Source of the DNA: an uncultured Holophagales bacterium | Lineage (GTDB): Bacteria > Acidobacteriota > Thermoanaerobaculia > UBA5066 | Length of the DNA stretch: 53,019 nucleotides | Assembly: GCA_964453825.1 (NCBI GenBank) | Contig: CAYVPO010000001.1 | Location: 1-53,019 of the forward strand | Direction: 5' to 3' | Shown: positions 8,971 through 17,158 of the stretch, in pieces | Position numbering within the stretch: position 1 is the first letter of the stretch | Layout of the letters: each line of letters begins with the position of its first letter | Translations under genes and position numbers: made by a program | The notes under the pieces: model-generated | Told to the model about the DNA's origin: nothing | Databases searched by the model: none | The model's input: only the letters and a program-made list of their open reading frames with translations

Positions 8971-10632
8971 ATGTCGCGAAAAAGGATCCTCGTCGTGGAC
9001 GACGACGCCGACCTCCGGGCGCTCGTCGAGGGGCAGCTCCGGGCCGCGGGCTACGAGCCCGTGGGCGCCGCGAACGGAAGCGCGGGGGTCGAGCGGGCGG
9101 TGGCCGACCGACCCGACCTCGTCCTCCTGGACGTCGGCCTCCCGGGCCTTTCCGGCTGGGAGGTCTGCGCGACGCTCCGGAGCCTGGCGGAAACCGCCGC
9201 GATCCCGATCGTGATGCTGACGGGGCGGTCGGAGATCCGCGACTTCGTCACGGGCCGGCAGGCCGGCGCGACCGACTTCGTCACGAAGCCGTTCACGCGG
9301 GCGAAGCTCCTGGAAGCGGTGGAGAGCGCCCTCGCGGACCGGGACGCCACGTCCCCGGAGCCGTTCGGGCCGGAGCTTCCCGAGCACCGCGCCCGCGGGC
9401 TCCTCCTCGACGCGCTCACCGGGCTCCCGGCGATCTCCGTCGTCGTCGACTCGCTCCGCGAGAGGCTCCTGGGGGACGAGGAGTTCGGGGTCCTTCTCGT
9501 CGACGTCGACGCCGCCGGCGCTCTGGAGGAGCATTACGGCTGGGAGGTCCTCGACGACGTCGTCCGCGAGGCGGGCCGGTCGCTCCGGCGGCTCGTCGGC
9601 ACGCTCTTCTCGACCGGCGACCTGCTCGCCGTCCGCCGGCCGGGCTCGACGGCGATGGTGGCCTTCGTCGGCCTTCCGCCCGGCCTGGGCGAAGGGGAGG
9701 CCGCGACGCGGCTCGACCGGAAGGCGCGGCAGGTGGCGGAGTCGCTCGGGGCGCTCCTGGGCGAGCGCTTCCTCGGACGCGTTCACCGCCGCCTGCAGGT
9801 CACGGCCGCGGCCACCCGGCTCCGATACAGCCCCCAGGCGAGGCTCGAGCGCCTCGTCGAGAGGGCGCTGGCGGAGGCCTCGGCCGTGGCCTCGACGCGG
9901 GAAGGCGAACGGGCCGTGGCGCAGAAGGCGGAGTTCGACGCCCTCCTTCGCGGCGGCCGGCTCGAGGTCGTCTTCCAGCCGATCCGGGAGCTCGCCTCGA
10001 TGAAGGTCGTCGCCCGCGAGGCGCTGACGCGCGGACCCGAGGGCTCGAGCTTCGAGAGCCCCGAGGTCCTCTTCGAGTACGCGGCGCGCCACGGCCGCGT
10101 CCTGTCCCTCGAGCAGGCGTGCCTCTCGCTCTCGGCGACCCGCTTCGTCCCGGCCGCGGAGGAGCTCCTCTTCGTCAACGTCGAGACCCACGTCGTGAAC
10201 GAGCTCGCGCACGGAGGGCTCGAGGTCCTGAACCCGCTCGTCGCCGTCGGGCCGTCGGTCGTCCTCGAGATCACGGAGCGCGGGGCGATCGCCGACTTCG
10301 AGGCGTTCCGCGGAGGGCTCTCGGCGCTCCGGCGCGCGGGCTTCCGGATCGCTCTCGACGACGCCGGCTCCGGACACGCCTCGCTCCACGCCCTCGCCGA
10401 GCTCCGGCCCGACTACCTGAAGATCTCCCAGTTCCTCGTCTCGGGGCTCCACCGGGACGGGATCAAGAGCGAGATCGTGGCGATGCTCGTCCGCCTCGGG
10501 GAGCGGATCGGCGCCGTGACTGTCGCGGAGGGGATCGAAAGCGACGAGGAGCTCGCCGCCGTGCGCGAGCTCGGAGTCGCGCTCGGCCAGGGCTTCCTCC
10601 TCGGCCGTCCCGAGTCCGCGACTCGCCGCTGA
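8971..10632 (+). CDS. Response regulator with receiver, degenerate GGDEF-like and EAL (c-di-GMP phosphodiesterase) domains
   Basis: REC: ILVVDDDADL, LVLLDVGLPG, FVTKP. The middle domain begins LLDALTGLP, but the GGDEF position reads AFVGL. EAL: VAREALTRGP, ALDDAGSGHASL, AEGIESDEE, GQGFLLGRP. Confidence 0.85.
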   Translation: MSRKRILVVDDDADLRALVEGQLRAAGYEPVGAANGSAGVERAVADRPDLVLLDVGLPGLSGWEVCATLRSLAETAAIPIVMLTGRSEIRDFVTGRQAGATDFVTKPFTRAKLLEAVESALADRDATSPEPFGPELPEHRARGLLLDALTGLPAISVVVDSLRERLLGDEEFGVLLVDVDAAGALEEHYGWEVLDDVVREAGRSLRRLVGTLFSTGDLLAVRRPGSTAMVAFVGLPPGLGEGEAATRLDRKARQVAESLGALLGERFLGRVHRRLQVTAAATRLRYSPQARLERLVERALAEASAVASTREGERAVAQKAEFDALLRGGRLEVVFQPIRELASMKVVAREALTRGPEGSSFESPEVLFEYAARHGRVLSLEQACLSLSATRFVPAAEELLFVNVETHVVNELAHGGLEVLNPLVAVGPSVVLEITERGAIADFEAFRGGLSALRRAGFRIALDDAGSGHASLHALAELRPDYLKISQFLVSGLHRDGIKSEIVAMLVRLGERIGAVTVAEGIESDEELAAVRELGVALGQGFLLGRPESATRR

Positions 10633-10699
10633 CGGAAGGACGCGCCCGCCCCGAGCGCAGGGCGGCCTTTCGGGCGATGATCCGGGCGAGGAGAGGCCG

Positions 10700-11113
10700 A
10701 TGACGGAGCACGAAGATGGCGGGCCGGAGCTTCCGGACGGGTTCGAGGAAGTCGAGGCGACCGTCTGCCGTCGCGGGGGCGAGCTTCTCGTCTTCGGCAC
10801 GCTCGAGCCGGAAGGCCCGTTCGTCTTCCGCTTGCAGCTCGCGAAGAAGCCCGAGGACTTCGGTCCGCCTCCTCCCGGTTTCGAGTGGACCGGCGAAGAA
10901 CGTGCGCCGAAGAAGGGGGAGTGGTTCTGGTCGGAGCTGCGCGGACGCGTGGTCCAGGCGATCAAGGACGAGACGGGCGTGAACCAGTTCGGGGAGCCGA
11001 CGGGCGGGAGACGCATCCTGCGGCCGGCGGGGACGGCCGGACGGCCGACTCCCACCCCGAAGCACGGCCTTCGTCTCGTCCGGAGCGGCGAGGACCGGGA
11101 AGGTTCAGGCTGA
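10700..11113 (+). CDS. Hypothetical protein (137 aa, acidic N-terminus, Pro/Gly-rich tail)
   Basis: ATG preceded by GAGGAGAGG. G/C-rich third positions and normal composition. No motif recognised. Confidence 0.5.
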   Translation: MTEHEDGGPELPDGFEEVEATVCRRGGELLVFGTLEPEGPFVFRLQLAKKPEDFGPPPPGFEWTGEERAPKKGEWFWSELRGRVVQAIKDETGVNQFGEPTGGRRILRPAGTAGRPTPTPKHGLRLVRSGEDREGSG

Positions 11114-11506
11114 CGCGGGCGGAGGGGAGCCTGCCGGAGGCTCGCTCCCGTCCTCGGCGTGCCGCGTGACGGCGAGGTAGACGCGGAGGTCGTCGAGTAC
11201 GGCCTCGAGGGCGGACTCCTTCGACGCGGAGAAGAACGGCTCGTCCGTCACGAACCCTCCCGGGACCCACCACGGGACGAAGAGCGTCTCCCACTCGGTG
11301 TCGAGGCCGCCGTCCTCGTCGGAGGGGGCGGCGGGATGCAGCCCGACCTCCACGAGGCGCCAGGTCCGACACCGGAACTGCCCCGGGTTCGCCGCGTCCT
11401 CGAAGACCTCGATCCGGATGTCGGCGGGCTCTCCGTCGACGAGCGTCTCCACCTCGGCCACGTCGGCGAGGCGGAAGACGGCGAGGTGGGGAGAGCCTGC
11501 GTGCAT
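11105..11506 (-). CDS. Hypothetical protein (133 aa)
   Basis: First ATG that does not overlap the tRNA. Strong G/C third-position bias and a normal acidic/hydrophobic composition (MHAGSPHLAVFRLADVAEVETLVDGEPADIRIEVF...). No obvious Shine-Dalgarno. Overlaps the convergent 10700..11113 gene by 9 nt. Confidence 0.5.
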   Translation of the reverse strand: MHAGSPHLAVFRLADVAEVETLVDGEPADIRIEVFEDAANPGQFRCRTWRLVEVGLHPAAPSDEDGGLDTEWETLFVPWWVPGGFVTDEPFFSASKESALEAVLDDLRVYLAVTRHAEDGSEPPAGSPPPASA

Positions 11507-11545
11507 GGAGCGAGGGGAGTCTATCCGCCGCGGGGGCGAGGGGAG

Positions 11546-11622
11546 TGGTGGGCCCGGGGAGACTCGAACTCCCGACACGCGGTTTAGGAAACCGCTGCTC
11601 TATCCACCTGAGCTACGGGCCC
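11546..11622 (-). tRNA. tRNA-Arg(CCT): tRNA-Arg, anticodon CCT, CCA encoded
   Basis: The reverse complement reads GGGCCCGTAGCTCAGGTGGATAGAGCAGCGGTTTCCTAAACCGCGTGTCGGGAGTTCGAGTCTCCCCGGGCCCACCA. 7-bp acceptor stem, D arm GCTC/GAGC, anticodon stem GCGGT/ACCGC with loop TTCCTAA, T arm GGGAG-TTCGAGT-CTCCC, 77 nt. Confidence 0.93.
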
Positions 11623-11668
11623 GTCCGGAATCCGCCGCCCTCGGGCGGCGGGAGCGGAGTCTACCGGA

Positions 11669-11899
11669 TCACTCCTCGAACGGCCCGACGGAGACGTGCT
11701 TCACGAGGAGGACGCGGTTCGCACGGACGGCCTGGTCCGCGCCGAGAGGGAGGAAGTTGTCCTCCTGCCGGGCGATGTAACGCGAGCAGGCGTCGGTCGC
11801 CAGGATGACGTCGTCGGACTCGAACGGCATCAGGAACTCCCTCGGCTCGGGGAGCCCCTCGACGACGAGCTGGTAGGTGTGAAGGAATTTTCGATCCAT
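11669..11899 (-). CDS. Hypothetical small protein (76 aa)
   Basis: ATG start and almost uniformly G/C third positions. Translation MDRKFLHTYQLVVEGLPEPREFLMPFESDDVILATDACSRYIARQ... No motif recognised. The stop lies 46 nt upstream of the co-oriented tRNA. Confidence 0.55.
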   Translation of the reverse strand: MDRKFLHTYQLVVEGLPEPREFLMPFESDDVILATDACSRYIARQEDNFLPLGADQAVRANRVLLVKHVSVGPFEE

Positions 11900-11964
11900 C
11901 TGCTCCTCGGGACCCCCGCCTTCCGGTCCGGTGGGCCGGTCGTGGCATCGTATCCTCTGCGCGA

Positions 11965-12678
11965 TTGAGCGAGATCACCGACAGGATCGAAGTGAGCCGG
12001 CAGACGCCGGCCTACCCGGCCCGGCACGACGTGAGGGACGGCCATCTCGTCGTGGGGGGAGAGCGGGTCCCTGTCGTCGTGAAGCGGATCCCGCGCGACT
12101 TCCGCCAGCCCGACGGAAAGACGCGCGCCGAGCGGTCCCTTCGGATCGCCCGTCACCTCCTCGCCCACGGGCTCGACACGCCGGAGCCGCTCGGAATCGA
12201 GGTGACGCCCGAGGAGAGCGTCCTCGTCGTCCGAAAAGTCGAGGGGGCCGTCGAGGTGCGGGCGTTCTTCCTTCGGCGGAACGACCCCTCGCTCGGGGCG
12301 CTCCCGCTCCGGTCGAGCTTCGAGGAGGTCCTTCCCGCCCTCGCCCGCTTCGCCCGCCGGATGCACGATTCGGGCGTCTTCTTCCGCGATTTCTCCGACG
12401 GGAACATCCTCGTGACCGACGGGGAGTCGGGGCCTCGCCTCTGGATCGTCGACCTCGACCGTGCCCGGATCCGGAGACCCCCGCTCGCGACGTTCACGCG
12501 TCTCCGGGACCTCTCGCGGCCGGGGCTGACGCGGGTGGAAGACCGCCGGCAGCTCCTCCGGGCCTACTGGGCGCCGGAACCGGTTCCGGCCGCAGCCGCG
12601 GCCGTTCACGCCGCCCTCCGGCTCCGGCTCCTCTCCTGGAACCGGTTGAAGGCCGTCCTGCGTCCCTGGAGACGCTGA
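11965..12678 (+). CDS. Lipopolysaccharide (Kdo/WaaP/InaA) kinase family protein
   Basis: Kinase-like catalytic loop FFRDFSDGNILV and IVDLDRAR, about 237 aa. TTG start. Confidence 0.65.
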   Translation: MSEITDRIEVSRQTPAYPARHDVRDGHLVVGGERVPVVVKRIPRDFRQPDGKTRAERSLRIARHLLAHGLDTPEPLGIEVTPEESVLVVRKVEGAVEVRAFFLRRNDPSLGALPLRSSFEEVLPALARFARRMHDSGVFFRDFSDGNILVTDGESGPRLWIVDLDRARIRRPPLATFTRLRDLSRPGLTRVEDRRQLLRAYWAPEPVPAAAAAVHAALRLRLLSWNRLKAVLRPWRR

Positions 12679-12732
12679 AGAGCTATCCTCGCCCGAGTAA
12701 ACCCCGGATCTGCCGGATGCGTCCCTCCCGTC

Positions 12733-13422
12733 ATGGGGACCTCGACGGCGGCCCGGGTCTTGAGGTTCGAGGAAGGTCCTCGAGGGAGGAGAACGGACGT
12801 GGCGAACGACCTCCCGGGCGAGGGGGAGCCCGCGCGGGAACCGGGGATCCGGGAGCGCGAGCGGGAGCTTCTCGACCGGGTGCGAGGCGGCGAGCCCGAC
12901 GCCTTCGAGCACTTCGTGCGGACGTATCAGCGGAAGGTCTTCCGGCTCATCTACACGCTCGTCCGGAACGCGGCAGACGCCGACGCCCTCACTCAGGACG
13001 TCTTCGTGAAAGCCTGGCGCGCGGTTCCCGACTTCAAGGGGGAGGCGTCTTTCGAGACCTGGCTGAACCGGATCGCCGTCAACGCCGTCCGGGACGCGGC
13101 GCGCCGGCGCCGGCCGGTCGTCTCGTTCGGAGACCTCGCCGACGCCGACGAGACCGGCGCCGCGCAGCTTCCTCCGTCCCTGGAGCCGGTGGACGCCACC
13201 ACGCCCGAGCGGGAGGCCCGCTCGCGGCAGATACGCCGGAGGATCGGCGAGGCGCTCGACGCCCTTTCTCCCCGGCAGAAGGCGATCTTCGTGATGAAGC
13301 ACTACGAGGACCGGACGGTCGCCGAGATCGGCGCCGCCATCGGCGTCGACGACGGAACCGTCAAGGCGCACCTCTTCCGAGCCGTCCGGAAGCTGCGGCA
13401 GAAGCTGGAGGACCTTCGGTGA
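12733..13422 (+). CDS. ECF-type RNA polymerase sigma-70 family factor
   Basis: Region 2 (FEHFVRTYQRKVFRLIYTLVRNAADADALTQDVFVKAW, FETWLNRIAVNAVRD) and region 4 (LSPRQKAIFVMKHYEDRTVAEIGAAIGVDDGTVKAHLFRAVRKLR). The N-terminal roughly 40 aa may not be translated. Confidence 0.88.
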   Translation: MGTSTAARVLRFEEGPRGRRTDVANDLPGEGEPAREPGIRERERELLDRVRGGEPDAFEHFVRTYQRKVFRLIYTLVRNAADADALTQDVFVKAWRAVPDFKGEASFETWLNRIAVNAVRDAARRRRPVVSFGDLADADETGAAQLPPSLEPVDATTPEREARSRQIRRRIGEALDALSPRQKAIFVMKHYEDRTVAEIGAAIGVDDGTVKAHLFRAVRKLRQKLEDLR

Positions 13423-13955
13423 GCGGACGTCATCTGACGGGCGACGAGATCGTGAACCGGGTCTTCCCGGCCGACGACGGGACGGCGCCGATCCCGATCC
13501 ACCAGGCGGTCTGCCCCGAGTGCCAGGAGCGCGTCGCCCGCCTCCGCGAGGCGTTCCTCCTGGATCGCGGGGCGCTGACGGGCGTGGTCGAGTCGCTCCC
13601 GCCGGAGTTCTGGAACGCACAGAGGAAGGCCGTGATGGGTCGGATCTCCGAGCTGGCGGCGCAGGAAGCCGAGGAGAAGGCGACGCCGTTCCCGGCCCGC
13701 CTCACCCGCTCCGTCCTCCAGCGGCCGGCGCTCGCGTTCGGCAGCCTCGCCGCCGCCCTCGCGCTCGTCGCCGGCCTCACGGTCCTTCGCGGGGGAAACG
13801 AGTCGCCTGAGGCGTCGGTGCAGACGGTGGCTTCGGTCGAGGGGGCCGCGGCGTTTTCCGCGGCCGACACGGCCGACGACGAGCTCCTCCGCGACGTGGA
13901 CGTGGCGCTGACGACCGAATCGCCCTACGAAACGGTCCTTCCGGAGGCGATGTGA
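13419..13955 (+). CDS. Anti-sigma factor (zinc-binding ZAS type, single transmembrane segment)
   Basis: GTG overlaps the sigma stop (GTGA). H-x3-C-x2-C motif HQAVCPEC near the N-terminus. One hydrophobic helix, PALAFGSLAAALALVAGLTVL. Confidence 0.7.
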   Translation: MSGRHLTGDEIVNRVFPADDGTAPIPIHQAVCPECQERVARLREAFLLDRGALTGVVESLPPEFWNAQRKAVMGRISELAAQEAEEKATPFPARLTRSVLQRPALAFGSLAAALALVAGLTVLRGGNESPEASVQTVASVEGAAAFSAADTADDELLRDVDVALTTESPYETVLPEAM

Positions 13956-14515
13956 TGAGACGCGCGCTCCTCCTTTCGACGCTTCTCGGCGCCGCGCTCG
14001 CGGCGCTGCCCGCACCGGCCCAGATGCTCGAGATGCCGCCGGGCAAGTGGTGGAAGCGTCCCGCGGTCGTCGAGTCTCTGAAGCTGGCGCCCGAGCAGCA
14101 GCAGCGGCTCGAGGAGGTCTTCTCGAAGAACCGTCGGACGTTCGTCGACCTGAAGGCCGACGTCGACAGGCGGACGATCGACCTCGAGGACCTGCTCGCG
14201 GCCCGGGAGGTCGAGCCGCGGAAGGTGGCGGCGGCGTCCGAGGCGCTCGAGCAGGCGAGAGCGCGGCTCGGGAAGGCGCGGACGATGATGGTCGTGGAGA
14301 TGCGGGGCGTCCTGACGGGCGACCAGTGGGCGACGATCGTCGACCGTCGGGAAGAGTTCCGGGCCGAGCGCCGGGCCGAGGTCCGGCGCCGGTTCGGGGA
14401 CCGGCGGAACGGCGGGAGGCCCGGCCGGCCGGCGACCCGTTCCGGGACCCCGGCTCCCTCGGCGTCCCCGGACGCCGAAGCGGGGCCGGACCTGCCGGAC
14501 GAGCCGGAACCCTAG
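13955..14515 (+). CDS. Periplasmic Spy/CpxP-family (LTxxQ) stress protein
   Basis: Signal peptide MRRALLLSTLLGAALAALPAPAQ. LTxxQ-like motifs LAPEQQQRL and LTGDQWATI. Helical, charged body. ATG at 13955 (GTG at 13952 also possible) overlaps the anti-sigma stop. Confidence 0.7.
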   Translation: MRRALLLSTLLGAALAALPAPAQMLEMPPGKWWKRPAVVESLKLAPEQQQRLEEVFSKNRRTFVDLKADVDRRTIDLEDLLAAREVEPRKVAAASEALEQARARLGKARTMMVVEMRGVLTGDQWATIVDRREEFRAERRAEVRRRFGDRRNGGRPGRPATRSGTPAPSASPDAEAGPDLPDEPEP

Positions 14516-15309
14516 GAGCCTGCAGCCCTCCGTCCGGCGCCGCGCCGCCGGGCCAGGACGATCCAGCGGGTCCCCTCGGGCTGGAACGAGAGCCAGCCGG
14601 AGGCGTCTGCGAAGAGCCGGACGCCGAGCCCGGCCTCGCGGAGGGCTCGCCGGATGGCGGCTTCGGGCCAGGCGATCTCCCGGTAGAGCTCGCGGACACG
14701 GCGGAAACGGCCCGGAATGTCCGCCACGGGCAGGAACCAGTCGCGGGTGACGGTGCCGGCCCCGCTCTCCGGGTCGTACGCGCCGCGCTCGGCCGAGAGG
14801 CCGCCTCCGGAAAGGTGGGTGACCCGGTGATGGTCCGGGAACGACTCGATCGTCTCCGGCGAGTTCAGGTCGAAGAGGACGTGCCCCCCCGGAGCGAGGG
14901 CATTCGCGATGCCCGCCAGCGCCGGGGCGAGCTCATCGTGGCGGTCGAGGTGATTGAGGACATCGAACGTCGCGAGCGCGAGGTCGAACGCCTCGCCCTC
15001 CTCGAGCGGGAGGGAGCGGACGTCGCCGCGACGCACGTCGATCGGGAGCCGCTCGCGCCGGGCGGCGGTCCGCAGCGGGCGAAGGAACGGGCTCGCCGGG
15101 TCGACGGCGACGACGCGCGCGCCGCGGCGGGCCAGCTCGAGACTCTGCCACCCGCTTCCGCAGCCGACGTCCAAAAGCGTTTCGAACCGGACGCCCTGCG
15201 CCCGGAGGATCTCGTCGCGCGCCGGGCCGAGGAGGTCGCGCCAGAGGCCGTAGACCTCGTCGTAGTAGCCGGCGAGGACGGCGTAGGGGGGGCGGCGCGC
15301 CGTCGTCAC
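14512..15309 (-). CDS. Class I SAM-dependent methyltransferase
   Basis: SAM motif LLDVGCGSGWQSLELARRGARVVAVD, then ALATFDVLNHL and LAPGGHVLFD. The GTG start overlaps the upstream permease stop. Confidence 0.85.
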   Translation of the reverse strand: MTTARRPPYAVLAGYYDEVYGLWRDLLGPARDEILRAQGVRFETLLDVGCGSGWQSLELARRGARVVAVDPASPFLRPLRTAARRERLPIDVRRGDVRSLPLEEGEAFDLALATFDVLNHLDRHDELAPALAGIANALAPGGHVLFDLNSPETIESFPDHHRVTHLSGGGLSAERGAYDPESGAGTVTRDWFLPVADIPGRFRRVRELYREIAWPEAAIRRALREAGLGVRLFADASGWLSFQPEGTRWIVLARRRGAGRRAAGS

Positions 15310-16166
15310 GGCGCCGGGCTCCCGAGCGCCTTCGGCGCCCCGCCGCGGGTGGAGGCGAGAGCGAGCGCGGCAAGAGCGACGAGGCCGGGCAGCGCGAGGA
15401 AGAGAGCGTAGGGGAGGCCGAAGCCCTCCGCCTGAAGGCGGTACTGGAGGGCCGTGACGCCCCCGAGGAGGAGCGCGGCCGGGACGAGGGCGAGCGGCCG
15501 CCAGCGCGCGAAGACGACGAGCGCGAGCGCGAGAAAGCCGCGGCCCGCGGTGACGCCTTCGACGAAGGTGGGTGAGACGGTCAGGACGAGCACGGCACCT
15601 CCCAGCGCGCCGAAGACGCCGGACGCAGCGGCGGCGCCGCTCCGCACGGCGACGACCGAGAGGCCGAGGGAACGGAGCGCCTCCGGATTCTCTCCCGCGG
15701 CCGAGAGGCGGAGGCCGGCGCGGGTCCGGGTGAGCCAGAGATGCAGAAGGAACGGAGCGAGGAAGCTCGCAGCCACGGCGTCGGGGAGGCCGAGGACTCC
15801 GCGTGGAAGGACCGCGACCTCGAGGACGGAGCCTGTCTCTCCGGCGCCGAGCCGATAGGCGAACGCCGTTGCTCCGAGGGCGAGCAGGTTCCAGACGGTG
15901 CCGACGAGGATCGGGTCGGCGCGCCGGACGACGGCGAAGAGAGCGAAGAGCAGGCCGGCGCCGAGCCCGGCGAGGGCCGCCGAGAGAAGCCCGCCCCAGG
16001 CCGGCAGGCCGGCGCGCCCGGCGGCGAACGCGACCCACGCCCCGAACAGCATCGTCCCCTCGAGGCCGATCTGGATCGAGCCCGAGCGCTCGAGGAGGAG
16101 CTCGCCCGTCGCGGCCAGCAGGAGCGGGGCGGCGAGCAGGAGAGCGATCTCGACGAAGCCCGTCAT
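15306..16166 (-). CDS. ABC transporter permease (BMP/simple-sugar/nucleoside type)
   Basis: Polytopic hydrophobic protein with SGSIQIGLEGTMLFGAW, typical of the BPD_transp_2 family. The ATG overlaps the upstream stop (ATGA). Confidence 0.85.
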   Translation of the reverse strand: MTGFVEIALLLAAPLLLAATGELLLERSGSIQIGLEGTMLFGAWVAFAAGRAGLPAWGGLLSAALAGLGAGLLFALFAVVRRADPILVGTVWNLLALGATAFAYRLGAGETGSVLEVAVLPRGVLGLPDAVAASFLAPFLLHLWLTRTRAGLRLSAAGENPEALRSLGLSVVAVRSGAAAASGVFGALGGAVLVLTVSPTFVEGVTAGRGFLALALVVFARWRPLALVPAALLLGGVTALQYRLQAEGFGLPYALFLALPGLVALAALALASTRGGAPKALGSPAP

Positions 16167-17158
16167 CTCTCCCTCCGGCCGCCCCGGACGAGGAGGAGGG
16201 CGAGGACGGCGAGGGCGGGGACGATCGACGCCAGCGACGACGGGACGCCGGCGTCCCTCTGGAGCGCGCTCGAGCCGGCCCCGAGGGCGGCGAAGAGAAG
16301 CCCCGACGCGGCCGCGCCGAGCGCCGACATGCCGCCGAGGAGGGCTGCGGCGATCCCGGTGTAGCCGACTCCGGCGGTGAACGGGTCGTAGAGCCGCCCG
16401 GTCAGCGCGAGCACCTCGAGCCCCCCCGCGAGGCCGGCGAGCGCCCCGGACGAGAGGAACGCCCCGACGCGCAGGCGGACGTCCGGCAGGCCGGCGGCGC
16501 GGGCGGCGCGGGGCGCCTCTCCGACCGCACGGAGGGCGAGGCCGAGCGGCGTTCGAGCGAGGACGAAGCCGGCGACCCCCGCGAGAAGGAGGGCGAGGAC
16601 GACCGCCACCGTCGCACGCGAGCCGGAGGCCAGCGGCGGGAGGAGGGCGGCGTCCGCGAGCGCCCGGCTCTGCGGGTAGTCGCCCGACGGATCGCGGAGC
16701 GGGCCGCGCACGAGCCACGTCACGCCGGCCGCGGCGACGAGGTTCAGGAGGATCGTCGAGAGGACCGCCGGGACCTGCCTCCGCTCGGACAGCCAGGCGG
16801 CCGGAGCGGCCTGGAGCGCTCCGGCGAGCGGCGCCGCGAGGCGGGCGGCGGCGCGCGCCGCGACGGGGGCGTCGGGGAAGAGCGGCCCTGCGGCGGCTGC
16901 CGCGGCGGCGCCCGCGAGGAACTGCCCTTCGAGCCCGATGTTCAGGACCCCCGCACGAAATGCGACGACGGCGCCGAGAGCCGTCAGAACGAGCCCGGTC
17001 GAGCGCGCGAGGGTCTCGCCGAGCGCGGCCGTCGAGCCGGCGGCTCCCCGGACGAGCGCGAGGAAGGCGTCGGCCGGCGAGGCCCCGGCGGCGAAGACGA
17101 GGAGCGCGGCAGCGGCGAGAGTGCCGGCGGCGACGGCGAGGACGGTGGCCGGCTTCAC
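16163..17158 (-). CDS. ABC transporter permease (BMP/simple-sugar/nucleoside type)
   Basis: Polytopic, with GVLNIGLEGQFLAGA. The GTG overlaps the ATPase stop. Confidence 0.85.
   Translation of the reverse strand: MKPATVLAVAAGTLAAAALLVFAAGASPADAFLALVRGAAGSTAALGETLARSTGLVLTALGAVVAFRAGVLNIGLEGQFLAGAAAAAAAGPLFPDAPVAARAAARLAAPLAGALQAAPAAWLSERRQVPAVLSTILLNLVAAAGVTWLVRGPLRDPSGDYPQSRALADAALLPPLASGSRATVAVVLALLLAGVAGFVLARTPLGLALRAVGEAPRAARAAGLPDVRLRVGAFLSSGALAGLAGGLEVLALTGRLYDPFTAGVGYTGIAAALLGGMSALGAAASGLLFAALGAGSSALQRDAGVPSSLASIVPALAVLALLLVRGGRRER

Noticed and set aside
11507-11578. N-terminal 24 codons of the 157-aa ORF 11105..11578
   Set aside because: They overlap the tRNA-Arg gene on the same strand. 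The internal ATG at 11506 is the first start clear of the tRNA.
10633-11964. tRNA-Arg-associated genomic island or prophage remnant
   Set aside because: I found no integrase or recombinase, no direct repeat of the tRNA 3' end, and no compositional shift in the flanking small genes.
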